A stretch of 64,000 nucleotides of DNA from Anaerolineales bacterium. GTDB lineage: Bacteria; Chloroflexota; Anaerolineae; Anaerolineales; E44-bin32. Shown here one piece after another: positions 1 through 8,951 of the stretch; positions within the stretch are counted from its first letter, which is position 1, and each line of letters begins with the position of its first letter. The stretch spans positions 4,888 through 68,887 of the forward strand of contig JBARSI010000155.1 in assembly GCA_049644665.1 (NCBI GenBank). The letters are read 5' to 3'. The position numbers and the translations under genes were made by a program. The notes under the pieces are model-generated. The model was not told the DNA's origin and searched no databases. It worked only from the letters and a program-made list of their open reading frames with translations.

Positions 1-234
1 AACCTCCGCCTTTTCGATCCCAGCGGGTCAATCGTGGATAGCGCAAACATCGGAGGCGAGGTTTGGCCAGCCGGCGACTCCAGTTCGCGCTCCAGCATGG
101 AACGTCGGGGGGGGATAGATCAACCCGGAAACTGGGTGACATTCACCGGCTGGGGCGGAAACGGCCAAGACAGCGATGGCAACCCGATCCGCGGCACACC
201 TCGATCTTTTTCGCCTCCCCGACTCCATCTTTGA
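1..234 (+). pseudogene. 5' portion of an LTD-repeat surface protein gene. It is open from the window edge in frame 1 and out of frame with 63..1871.
   Basis: Frame-1 translation from nt 1 reads ..FDPSGSIVDSANIGGEVWPAGDSSSRSSMERRGGIDQPGNWVTFTGWGGNGQDSDGNPIRGTPRS. This matches the C-terminal half of the repeats inside 63..1871 (..MIDSANLVGGSWPGG..TMERRGGDDRRGNWGTFTGWGGNGHDARG..GTPRQ). The frame stops at 232-234, just after a T5 run. Confidence 0.6.
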
Positions 235-1871
235 CCCCGACCACGGGTACTCATTACCCTCCACAGTACTTGCTCATCAACGAAATCGCATGGGTCGGAA
301 CCGTCGCCTCCTCCAGCGACGAGTGGATTGAACTTTTTAACCCAAACACCATCCCCGTTGTTCTTACCGGCTGGTCCCTCAGCGACGACGGGGATACTTC
401 CATCATACTTAATGGCAGCATCGCCCCTTATAGCTACTTCTTGCTGGAGAGAGCGGACGATAACGCCATCTCCAATATCACTGCTGACCAAATCTACTCA
501 GGCAATCTCAATAATAGCGGTGAGCGCTTGAAGCTGCGCGATTCGTCCGGAGCTGTGATCGATACTGCCGATGGTTCTAGTGGCTGGCCTGCGGGTGACA
601 ACAGCACACACGCCAGCATGGAACGGCTCGGAGGCACCGACGTCCCCGGCAACTGGACTTCCTACAGCGGGAGCGGAGGGAGCGGCCGCGATGCCCACGG
701 AGGTCCTGTCCCGGGCACGCCGCGTCAAATGAATTCGCCCTTCCTCACCCCGCCATCCCCAACACCAACTTCTCAACCAACGATCTTTTCTCCGTTATCT
801 GTGATGATCAATGAAGTCGCCTGGGCAGGCACTTATGCCTCAGCGAATGATGAATGGATCGAACTGCACAACCCGGGGACGACCCCGATAGACCTCGCTG
901 GCTGGGTGCTTTCCGATGGCAGCGATTTGCGCGTTGCCCTCGCGGGGACGATTGCAGCCCACGGCTATTTCCTTCTAGAACGAACTGACGATGAAACAGT
1001 TCTTGGTGTCCACGCTGATCAGATCTACAGTGGCGGATTGAGAAACGATGGAGAGACCCTGACATTGAAGGAACCGAGCGGAACCATGATCGATAGCGCA
1101 AATCTGGTTGGGGGCTCCTGGCCCGGAGGCAATCAGGGTACTCACAGGACGATGGAACGCCGGGGAGGCGATGACCGGCGCGGGAATTGGGGAACCTTCA
1201 CCGGCTGGGGCGGAAACGGGCATGACGCCCGGGGAAGGCAGATCCAAGGGACTCCCCGCCAGACAAACTCTTTACTCTTCCCCACCCCTATGCCGACCTG
1301 GATCCCCGGGAAAGTCGTAATCAACGAGGTGCTGATTCGCCCGCATTACGATTGGGAGGGAACCGGCGGGGTTGACCCGAAGGACGAATTTATCGAACTA
1401 CTCAACCTCGGCCCCTTCGCGGTCAACCTGAAGGGTTGGTGGCTGGATGACATCACCGACGCAGGATCGATCCCGCACAAGCTCCCGGGGGTCACTCTTC
1501 GACCCGGTGAATTCGTAGTGTTCTTCCGGGCGCGCACGCGGATTGCGCTGAACGATGGTGGAGATTCTGTCCGCTTGCTCGCGCCCGACGCACGTGTGAT
1601 CGATCAGATCACCTACAAGCGTGTGTGCGCCTACAACTTGTCTTATGGACGTCTACCAGACGGCTCTGGCCATCTACATTACGGCTTATGGCCAACCGCA
1701 GGTGAACCGAACCGTCTCTTTCTTGAGAACGTTTCCGAAACAGAAAATGAAATCGTTGACTTCTGTGTGTTTGGAGAACCCCCTAAACTGCGGTTCCCAC
1801 GCCTCGGGCGCCATCCCGAATTGGTGAACCGGTTAATATCCCAGGGACACCTGATCTGCTCCAATGGCTAG
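63..1871 (+). CDS. Lamin-tail-domain (LTD) repeat protein with three complete LTD modules joined by Pro/Thr-rich linkers. The track start at 63 is probably not the true start.
   Basis: The motif INE(I/V)AW.G....DEWIEL.NP....L.GW.LSD recurs three times. The last module (VVINEVLIRP..DEFIELLNLG..LKGWWLDD..NDGGDSVRLL) is a canonical LTD. Confidence 0.75.
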   Translation: MASRRLQFALQHGTSGGDRSTRKLGDIHRLGRKRPRQRWQPDPRHTSIFFASPTPSLTPTTGTHYPPQYLLINEIAWVGTVASSSDEWIELFNPNTIPVVLTGWSLSDDGDTSIILNGSIAPYSYFLLERADDNAISNITADQIYSGNLNNSGERLKLRDSSGAVIDTADGSSGWPAGDNSTHASMERLGGTDVPGNWTSYSGSGGSGRDAHGGPVPGTPRQMNSPFLTPPSPTPTSQPTIFSPLSVMINEVAWAGTYASANDEWIELHNPGTTPIDLAGWVLSDGSDLRVALAGTIAAHGYFLLERTDDETVLGVHADQIYSGGLRNDGETLTLKEPSGTMIDSANLVGGSWPGGNQGTHRTMERRGGDDRRGNWGTFTGWGGNGHDARGRQIQGTPRQTNSLLFPTPMPTWIPGKVVINEVLIRPHYDWEGTGGVDPKDEFIELLNLGPFAVNLKGWWLDDITDAGSIPHKLPGVTLRPGEFVVFFRARTRIALNDGGDSVRLLAPDARVIDQITYKRVCAYNLSYGRLPDGSGHLHYGLWPTAGEPNRLFLENVSETENEIVDFCVFGEPPKLRFPRLGRHPELVNRLISQGHLICSNG

Positions 1872-1959
1872 ATCGATCTCGCAGATACAAAGAGCGTCCA
1901 TCCATCTATTGACAAGTATTTAGCTCTTTATCAACCATCCGGTTAGCTTTCCGCTTCGA

Positions 1960-2724
1960 TCAATATGGAACTCCATATAGCCCTCCTGGGGCCAGCAGGG
2001 TGTCCCGTATTGGGATCCAGATCATCCAACCCAAAACGACTGTCAACAGCGCGCCGACCAGGAGCAGGGCAGCGAAAGTGCCGATTGTCTTACCCCAGGA
2101 CATGCGGTTGACCGATTTCACAGCCAGAAGGGTGAGCAGTATACTGTAAATCCCAAGTGGAATTACCAGGCAATTTACCCAGGGAATCCAACCGATTGCG
2201 CCGCTGATGAGCGTGATGGGTGCGGTGATAGCCGCCAGGGTATACGCCAATTCAGCGAAGGTTCCGTTTCCCCCGAAGGCGTTTGCTGTAAACTGCACTA
2301 TACCCGAATAGAACAGCATGCCCACAACGCTCATAAGAACAACGAGAGGCAGCCCACAGCCATAAACACCGGCGATCATCAACCCCTCACTGAGTAACAA
2401 TCCCGCTTCATGTTCGAGTGCTTCAAGCAAACTCGGTCTGTCCAAGAGACCTGAAAATAAAAGCTGCACGGATGCGCTGATCAGGTAAGAAATCGCGCTG
2501 GTAATGGCGATCCAACTCAACGCTCGACCGAGCGATCCCTTCGGGTCATCGGCCAAGCTGCGGAACGTTTCTTCGTTTGGACGTGTAAGCGCCAGCCGCC
2601 AGGTTTCAAGCCAGGAATATGCCCTGTACTCGTTTGGAATAACATCACTCCCTGTCTCTGGGGTCATAGCGCCTCCTCCCCTAAAATTAGACCTCGTCAC
2701 GTCGTTCTCGCTTCCCTCATCCAT
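1960..2724 (-). CDS. Multi-pass integral membrane protein, possibly Yip1-like
   Basis: 254-aa ORF with a polar N-terminus followed by about five hydrophobic helices. The family assignment is from memory only. Confidence 0.6.
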   Translation of the reverse strand: MDEGSENDVTRSNFRGGGAMTPETGSDVIPNEYRAYSWLETWRLALTRPNEETFRSLADDPKGSLGRALSWIAITSAISYLISASVQLLFSGLLDRPSLLEALEHEAGLLLSEGLMIAGVYGCGLPLVVLMSVVGMLFYSGIVQFTANAFGGNGTFAELAYTLAAITAPITLISGAIGWIPWVNCLVIPLGIYSILLTLLAVKSVNRMSWGKTIGTFAALLLVGALLTVVLGWMIWIPIRDTLLAPGGLYGVPY

Positions 2725-3232
2725 TAGGTAAGTTTAGCGTACGGAGTTATCGCGTGTGCATCCTGAAGCCCTGCCGGTGTTTCTAATAAAAAAATACTTT
2801 ATCGCCCGCCTGATGGGCATTATGATCGCGGTTTTCTTTGTCCTCATTTATAACCTCAATTTCACCGGTTTTAAGCTAACCGTAGCAAGATCAGCTCTGA
2901 TATTTTGATGATCCAGCCGGCGCTGCTCCGGAAAACTCCGCAAAATGCCACTCGATCTTCACATGGTTTAGCTCCTGTTATGGAATAGTGAGATTCTTCA
3001 CCTCCGCTATGCTTGAACTCTAGATAGGTCCCTCCTTGCCTATGAATTCTTTGCGCTGACAAAATAATTCTAGCTTTCGCCCTCGTGCACCCGTTTTCTC
3101 AGACCCTCGATTATCACTTTCAAAAGAACGTTTAAACACTTAGAATGTTCCTGTCAAATACATATCACACAAGATGACCCTTTCTATCAATACGTTTTTC
3201 CCATCTTTTAAAAGAAAGGCACTGGTTTAAGT

Positions 3233-4276
3233 ATGCATGTTTTAGTTACTGGCAGCAGTGGGTTAATCGGATCGGAAGCCGTCATGTTCTTTAATCAGCT
3301 TGGTTTCCGTATTTACGGCGCTGATAACAACATGCGCGCTGACTTCTTCGGCACCAGAGGGGACACAACCTGGAACCGCAAGCGACTCGAGGAAACTTGT
3401 GTTTATTTCACCCATCACGAAGTAGATATTCGTGATCGAGAAACCGTAGATGCTCTCTTCTCAGAGAATCATTTCGATCTCATCCTGCACGCTGCGGCAC
3501 AGCCGAGCCACGATTTAGCAGCAAAGCGCCCCTTTGACGACTTCGATGTAAACGCAGGTGGCACCCTGAACCTGCTTGAGGCTTGCCGGATACACTGCCC
3601 TGATGCTGTTTTTGTCCACATGAGTACAAACAAGGTATATGGAGATCGCCCTAATAAGATCAAACTCAAGGAGCATGAAACACGCTGGGACTACGACGAC
3701 CCCAAGTATATAAATGGGATCCCTGAGGACTTTCACATTGATCAGAGCCTGCACTCACTGTTCGGCGCTTCAAAACTCGCTGGCGATATCCTTGCACAGG
3801 AGTACGGCCGCTACTTTGGGTTGAAAGTCGGGATATTCAGAGGAGGTTGCCTGACCGGACCGCACCACTCTGGTGTTGAACTTCACGGCTTCCTTAATTA
3901 CCTTGTGCTGGTAGCCCTGAGCGAAGGTCCCTATACCATTTTCGGATATAAAGGAAAACAAGTTCGCGACCAGATCCACAGCCATGATGTGATAAACGCG
4001 TTCTGGCACTTCGCCCAAGATCCAAAGCCTGGAGAGGTATACAACCTGGGCGGCGGCAAGGAAAACGCGGCCAGCCTGATCGAGTGTGTCGATATCATTG
4101 AACAGCTCTCGGGAAAACGCCCGGAACTTACGTATACGGACCAGAATCGCATCGGAGATCACATATGCTATTACTCTGATCTCTCTAAACTCAGGTCTCA
4201 CTATCCGGGATGGGATTTAACATACAACATCGAAGAAATCATTGAAGAGATGATCCTGCTCATGCGTGACCGCTAG
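3233..4276 (+). CDS. Extended-SDR NAD-dependent epimerase/dehydratase, CDP-paratose(tyvelose) 2-epimerase-like
   Basis: Contains [10 protein letters not shown] (TGxxGxxG), HAAAQPSHD and MSTNKVYGD, with overall similarity to RfbE-type epimerases. The YxxxK motif reads FGASK. Confidence 0.8.
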   Translation: MHVLVTGSSGLIGSEAVMFFNQLGFRIYGADNNMRADFFGTRGDTTWNRKRLEETCVYFTHHEVDIRDRETVDALFSENHFDLILHAAAQPSHDLAAKRPFDDFDVNAGGTLNLLEACRIHCPDAVFVHMSTNKVYGDRPNKIKLKEHETRWDYDDPKYINGIPEDFHIDQSLHSLFGASKLAGDILAQEYGRYFGLKVGIFRGGCLTGPHHSGVELHGFLNYLVLVALSEGPYTIFGYKGKQVRDQIHSHDVINAFWHFAQDPKPGEVYNLGGGKENAASLIECVDIIEQLSGKRPELTYTDQNRIGDHICYYSDLSKLRSHYPGWDLTYNIEEIIEEMILLMRDR

Positions 4277-4308
4277 AAAACATCAGTGCGAACCTAAAAG
4301 CCCGAAGT

Positions 4309-5532
4309 ATGCGATTAACAATTATTAACCAATTTTATAAGCCGGATTTAGCACCGACGGGGCATATGGCTGCCTCCCTGGCTGAACACAGGGCGAAACA
4401 GGGAGACTATGTCACCGTCATCACCAGCAGCGGTGGCTATGTTTCCGAATCGACCACAACTTCTGGATCGAAGTCGACGAACCCCAGAGTGTATCGCCTG
4501 TGGACACCGCGGCTGGGCAAAGGAACGGCGTTCGCGCGGATCGTGGATTATGTCTCCTTTTACATCTTAGCTTTCATCCGCTCGGTCACTCTTCCAAAGC
4601 AGGACCTCATCATATCGTTGACAACTCCGCCTTTCATCGCCTGGGCGGCCATCGGCCATAAATTATTACATCGGTCTACAAAAGTCGTTCTATGGAACAT
4701 GGATTGTTACCCCGAGATCGCTGAGAGAGCCGGCGTGATCGACAAGGGTGGTTTCTTAAGCCGGCTCTTCCGGAGATTGAACCGTGGATTATTCCGGCGC
4801 CTGGACCAACTCGTTTGCCTCGACGGAGCGATGTTGGATCTTCTCGTATCACAATACGTTTCAACCGAGCATGCTCTATCAACCTGCATCATCCCGAATT
4901 GGGAGAAGGCTTCGCAGTTTCCTCATGATCTCTCTCCCGATCCCTGGGGCGGGGCTGCAGCATCGATCTCAGATGATGCCTTCGTTATTCTCTATCTGGG
5001 AAATGCGGGATTCGGACACCGCTTCGAAACCATCATAGAGGCGGCTAAACTACTAAAAGACGAACCCGTTGCATTCCTCTTTATTGGTGGTGGTGAGAAA
5101 TGGGTGTGGATCGAACAAGCAAAGATCGCAAACGATCTGCGTAATATCCATCTATTCCGTTATATCCACAAAGATCTCACCCCCTCAGCCCTGGCAATGG
5201 CGGATTGCACACTCATCACAATGAACGAATCGGCTCTCGGTGTAATCAGCCCCAGCAAACTGCACGCCTACCTGGCCATGAGCCTGCCCACGCTCTATAT
5301 TGGCCCGGTGGGGAGTAATGTAGACGATGCCATCAAGCGCTATGATGCTGGCGTAACTTTACAGCATGGGGACGTTGATGGCGTTGTCCGCTTTATAAAC
5401 GAGCTTCGGGCTGATTCTGAACACCTTCAAGCTCTGCGCAGTAATGCCCGCCGTGCCTTCGATGATGCCTTCTGTGATACCCAGACGCTGCCGATTTTTG
5501 ACCGGATCCTGGATCAATTGCTTTCTGAATAA
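4309..5532 (+). CDS. GT-B (family 4-like) glycosyltransferase, WcaI-like
   Basis: N-terminus MRLTIINQFYKPDLAPTGHMAASLAEH plus a C-terminal GT1-type fold signature. Sits next to the sugar epimerase. Confidence 0.75.
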   Translation: MRLTIINQFYKPDLAPTGHMAASLAEHRAKQGDYVTVITSSGGYVSESTTTSGSKSTNPRVYRLWTPRLGKGTAFARIVDYVSFYILAFIRSVTLPKQDLIISLTTPPFIAWAAIGHKLLHRSTKVVLWNMDCYPEIAERAGVIDKGGFLSRLFRRLNRGLFRRLDQLVCLDGAMLDLLVSQYVSTEHALSTCIIPNWEKASQFPHDLSPDPWGGAAASISDDAFVILYLGNAGFGHRFETIIEAAKLLKDEPVAFLFIGGGEKWVWIEQAKIANDLRNIHLFRYIHKDLTPSALAMADCTLITMNESALGVISPSKLHAYLAMSLPTLYIGPVGSNVDDAIKRYDAGVTLQHGDVDGVVRFINELRADSEHLQALRSNARRAFDDAFCDTQTLPIFDRILDQLLSE

Positions 5533-5591
5533 ACTTGCTTTTTGATTTTTAGTTTTTGTTGGATCATAAATACTCTTCGCTATGATGCCTC

Positions 5592-5600
5592 TGCTATAAT
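5592..5600 (+). promoter_or_regulatory. Extended -10 element (TGcTATAAT) 9 nt upstream of the gatC ATG, giving a leaderless-type arrangement
   Basis: The sequence reads tgctataat-tcacttgcc-ATG. There is no purine-rich SD between the -10 and the start. Confidence 0.45.
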
Positions 5601-5609
5601 TCACTTGCC

Positions 5610-5897
5610 ATGTCTTTAACTATTGCAGAAGTCCGCCACATCGCAAACCTCGCCAGGCTGCAGCTTACACCTGAGGAGGAACGCCTCTATGCGGAACAAC
5701 TCTCCTCCATCCTCGAATCAGCCGCTCGCCTGCTTGAAGTCGATACCTCACAAATTCCGCCCACGGCAACCGTTCTTACCCTGCGGGCTCCTTTACGACC
5801 TGATATCCCGCGCCCGTGTCCGCCGCGCGAGAAGATCCTCTCGAACGCACCAGAGAAGGAATCGGGGATGTTCCGTGTACCTCCTGTGCTGGATTAA
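5610..5897 (+). CDS. gatC: Asp/Glu-tRNA amidotransferase subunit C
   Basis: 95 aa with IAEVRHIANLARLQLTPEEE, typical of GatC. Lies immediately upstream of gatA. Confidence 0.9.
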   Translation: MSLTIAEVRHIANLARLQLTPEEERLYAEQLSSILESAARLLEVDTSQIPPTATVLTLRAPLRPDIPRPCPPREKILSNAPEKESGMFRVPPVLD

Positions 5898-5943
5898 ATG
5901 ATTCCCGGACGTATCACTTCCGTAGGCTCTATAACCCGACCCT

Positions 5944-7416
5944 ATGACTGCTCTTACTGACTTCTCCCTCCTGGAAGCTGCTTCCGCTCTGCGTAAAGGA
6001 GATGTCAGTTCCTTAGAATTGACGGAAGCCTGTCTGGATCGCATTGAGGCTCTCGAGCCACAGCTCCACGCATTCCTTTCTCAAACCCCGGATCTGGCGA
6101 TCTCTCAGGCGAAAGCCGCAGATCAACGGCTGCAGGATTGGCGCAAAAACAAAGAAGAGCCGCTGCCCCTCACCCACGGCATCCCGGTCGCCATCAAAGA
6201 TGTGCTGTGCCTCGAGGGAGTTCCAACAACATGTGGTTCCCGCATTCTTGAGGGTTTCCGCCCTCCTTACTCGGCGACGAGCGTCGCAAGATTGATCGAC
6301 ACTGGAGCGGTAGTCCTGGGAAAGACTAATACCGACGAGTTCGCTATGGGATCTTCAACTGAGAACTCGGCGTATGGCACGACACACAACCCATGGGACC
6401 TCGGCCGGGTACCCGGCGGATCATCTGGAGGTTCTGCGGCAGCAGTTGCGGCGCGTATGTGTTTCGCCGCCCTGGGGACGGATACGGGGGGATCCGTGCG
6501 CCAACCTGCTTCCTTCTGCGGGATCACAGGACTAAAAACATCCTACGGGCGTGTTTCCCGCTATGGCTTGATTGCCTACGGATCGTCGCTCGATACCGTC
6601 GGAGCCTTAACGCGCTCCGCGGCCGATCTTCTTCCCCTTTTCACAGCAATGGCAGGCCATGATCCCTTAGACTCAACCTGCATGCCAGATCCCGTCCCAG
6701 AGATCTCTCTGGACGGCAGCGCCCTGACAGGTGTACGAATCGGTGTGCCGAAAGAGTATCTTATCGAAGGTATACAGGACGAAGTTGATGCTGCCGTACG
6801 CGCTGCCGTGAAAGTGTATGAGGCGCTCGGCGCTGAAATCCATGAAGTCAGCCTTCCACACACAGACCTCGCCCTGCCGGTGTATTACCTAATCGCTCCC
6901 GCAGAGGCATCTGCCAACCTGGCCCGTTACGACGCGGTCCGGTTCGGTCCACGCATCAAATCTGAACAATTATGGGACCAATATATCGAAACCCGTGGAA
7001 CTCTCTTTGGTCCTGAGGTCAAACGCCGCATCATGCTCGGGACCTATGCTCTTTCTGCCGGGTATTACGATGCGTATTACGGCCAAGCGCAAAAGGTGCG
7101 GACGCTGATTAAGGGTGATTTCGAAACAGTTTTTAAGGAAGTCGACCTGATCGCCTGCCCCGTCGCACCTACAACGGCGTTCCGCATTGGCGAACACAGC
7201 GACGACCCTCTTGCCATGTACATGGAGGACATCTTCACGCTGCCCGCCAATCTCGCCGGGGTCCCGGGGATGGCTTTTCCAGTAGGATTCGATCAAAATA
7301 GACTGCCGATTGGGATGCAGTTGAATGCACCCCACCTGGGCGAGAGGTCACTTTTCCGCGCGGTTCATACCTACCAAACGCAAACGGACTGGCATCTGCG
7401 CAAACCAAATCTATAG
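5944..7416 (+). CDS. gatA: Asp/Glu-tRNA amidotransferase subunit A
   Basis: Carries the amidase signature GGSSGGSAAAVAA and has GatA length. Confidence 0.95.
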   Translation: MTALTDFSLLEAASALRKGDVSSLELTEACLDRIEALEPQLHAFLSQTPDLAISQAKAADQRLQDWRKNKEEPLPLTHGIPVAIKDVLCLEGVPTTCGSRILEGFRPPYSATSVARLIDTGAVVLGKTNTDEFAMGSSTENSAYGTTHNPWDLGRVPGGSSGGSAAAVAARMCFAALGTDTGGSVRQPASFCGITGLKTSYGRVSRYGLIAYGSSLDTVGALTRSAADLLPLFTAMAGHDPLDSTCMPDPVPEISLDGSALTGVRIGVPKEYLIEGIQDEVDAAVRAAVKVYEALGAEIHEVSLPHTDLALPVYYLIAPAEASANLARYDAVRFGPRIKSEQLWDQYIETRGTLFGPEVKRRIMLGTYALSAGYYDAYYGQAQKVRTLIKGDFETVFKEVDLIACPVAPTTAFRIGEHSDDPLAMYMEDIFTLPANLAGVPGMAFPVGFDQNRLPIGMQLNAPHLGERSLFRAVHTYQTQTDWHLRKPNL

Positions 7417-7438
7417 AGTCAAAGGGAAGGGTACAAAT

Positions 7439-8434
7439 ATGAAAATCGTTATCCCCATGGCTGGCTACGGCACACGATTACGCCCTCATACCTGGTCCAA
7501 ACCCAAACCTCTGGTAAGTGTGGCTGGTAAACCCGTCCTTGGCCATGTCCTCGACATGTTCTCAACCCTGCCTGACATCGATGAAGTGATCTTCATCGTC
7601 GGTTACCTGGGTGACCAAGTCGAGACCTACGTCAGCGAGGTTTACGCTGATTTACCGGCTCGCTACGTTGTCCAGGAGCAGATGCTCGGGCAGTCGCACG
7701 CCATATGGCTCGCCCGTGAGGGGCTTGAGGGTCCGATGTGTATGGCCTTTGTGGATACGATTATCGAGGCTGACCTTTCGTTCCTGCCAACCGAGGAAGC
7801 CGGTGCGGTAGCGTGGGTGAAAGAAGTGGAAGACCCGCGTCGGTTCGGTGTGACCGAAGTTGGTGATGATGGCTGGGTGCGGCGCCTGGTTGAGAAACCA
7901 GAGGATTTGAGAAATAACCTCGCTCTGGCTGGCTTCTATTATTTCAATCGGGCGGAAGCCCTTGTCGCCGCCATCGAAAAGCAAATGCAGCAAGGGGACC
8001 AACTTGGAGGGGAGTTCTACCTCGCCGACGCCATCAACGTGATGCTGGAAGAAGGCCTAAAGATGCGCGTCGAAACCGTTCAGGTTTGGAAAGACTGCGG
8101 TAAACCCGACGCTTTACTCGAAACAAACCGGTACCTACTCGACCACGGGCGGGATAACACCGCAGAGGCGCAGCAACGAGATGGGAGCCTTATCATCCCG
8201 CCGGTGTTCATCCATCCCAGCGCCGAGATATCCCAAGCGGTAATTGGACCACATGTCTCGGTAGGATCCAGATGCGTTATACAGAGATCCGTCATCCAGG
8301 ACTCGATTATTGAGAACGAGACAACCATTGAAAATGCCTTGCTCTCGGAGTCTCTCATTGGGCGAGGCGCCCGGATCACCGGCAGATTTAAGATGCTGAA
8401 CATCGGGGATACATCACAGGTGGATGCGTTATAG
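7439..8434 (+). CDS. Sugar-phosphate nucleotidyltransferase with a C-terminal left-handed beta-helix
   Basis: MKIVIPMAGYGTRLRPHTWSKPKPL is the G-x-G-T-R-L motif. An internal ATG at 7439 is preceded by aaagggaagg. The track ORF start at 7325 overlaps gatA. Confidence 0.8.
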   Translation: MKIVIPMAGYGTRLRPHTWSKPKPLVSVAGKPVLGHVLDMFSTLPDIDEVIFIVGYLGDQVETYVSEVYADLPARYVVQEQMLGQSHAIWLAREGLEGPMCMAFVDTIIEADLSFLPTEEAGAVAWVKEVEDPRRFGVTEVGDDGWVRRLVEKPEDLRNNLALAGFYYFNRAEALVAAIEKQMQQGDQLGGEFYLADAINVMLEEGLKMRVETVQVWKDCGKPDALLETNRYLLDHGRDNTAEAQQRDGSLIIPPVFIHPSAEISQAVIGPHVSVGSRCVIQRSVIQDSIIENETTIENALLSESLIGRGARITGRFKMLNIGDTSQVDAL

Positions 8435-8557
8435 TCGCTCGCGATCAAAGGGATGCTGCCGAAGAAGATCTCCCGAAAAATGCTCTGTTCCCTCGATAAT
8501 AATCTCGAAACATGGCCCTTGCGGGATCGGGAAGAACATCGTCCCCCGCATGGCTAA

Positions 8558-8833
8558 GTGCCACTGGCAACCCTATCCGAATTATCCGACGATGTGGACA
8601 ACACTGGACTTATTCCGATGGAACACAATCCCGTCGAATGTCTCTCGGGGCATACCTACGCTGAGCGCCCGATTGCTCTTTGGTGGGAGGGGGAACGATT
8701 AAACATCATCGAGATCGAAGCCCGTTGGCGAATTCCCGGCGGACGTCGTTTCAGGGTGCGGACTGAGACCGGTCAGATTTTTGAACTGTTTTATATCGAT
8801 CTACAAGATGAGTGGCAGATTTCGCTCTTATGA
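8558..8833 (+). CDS. Small hypothetical protein
   Basis: 91-codon ORF with a GTG start (alternative ATG at 8618). No domain recognised. Fits the gap between flanking genes. Confidence 0.4.
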   Translation: MPLATLSELSDDVDNTGLIPMEHNPVECLSGHTYAERPIALWWEGERLNIIEIEARWRIPGGRRFRVRTETGQIFELFYIDLQDEWQISLL

Positions 8834-8951
8834 GCTTTAACCATCTTCCACTTATCAATCAGCGACCTGAAAAACCTTGTCCCGCAAGAATTCGGTGTAC
8901 AGGGATTACAAAAAGAGATCTTTACCTTTAAGACCAGAGGAGTAAAACAGA

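Noticed and set aside
2725-3232. Non-coding gap of about 500 bp holding a 63-aa minus ORF (2871..3062) and a 31-codon hydrophobic plus ORF (about 2813..2908)
   Set aside because: There is no convincing SD or motif for either ORF. The gap is probably just the promoter region of the epimerase/glycosyltransferase pair. A small membrane peptide cannot be excluded.
8430-8551. 40-codon minus-strand ORF (MRGTMFFPIPQGPCFEIIIEGTEHFSGDLLRQHPFDRERL) in the gap after the nucleotidyltransferase
   Set aside because: It is too short, has no SD that I could see and no recognisable family. It is noted only because the gap is otherwise unexplained.
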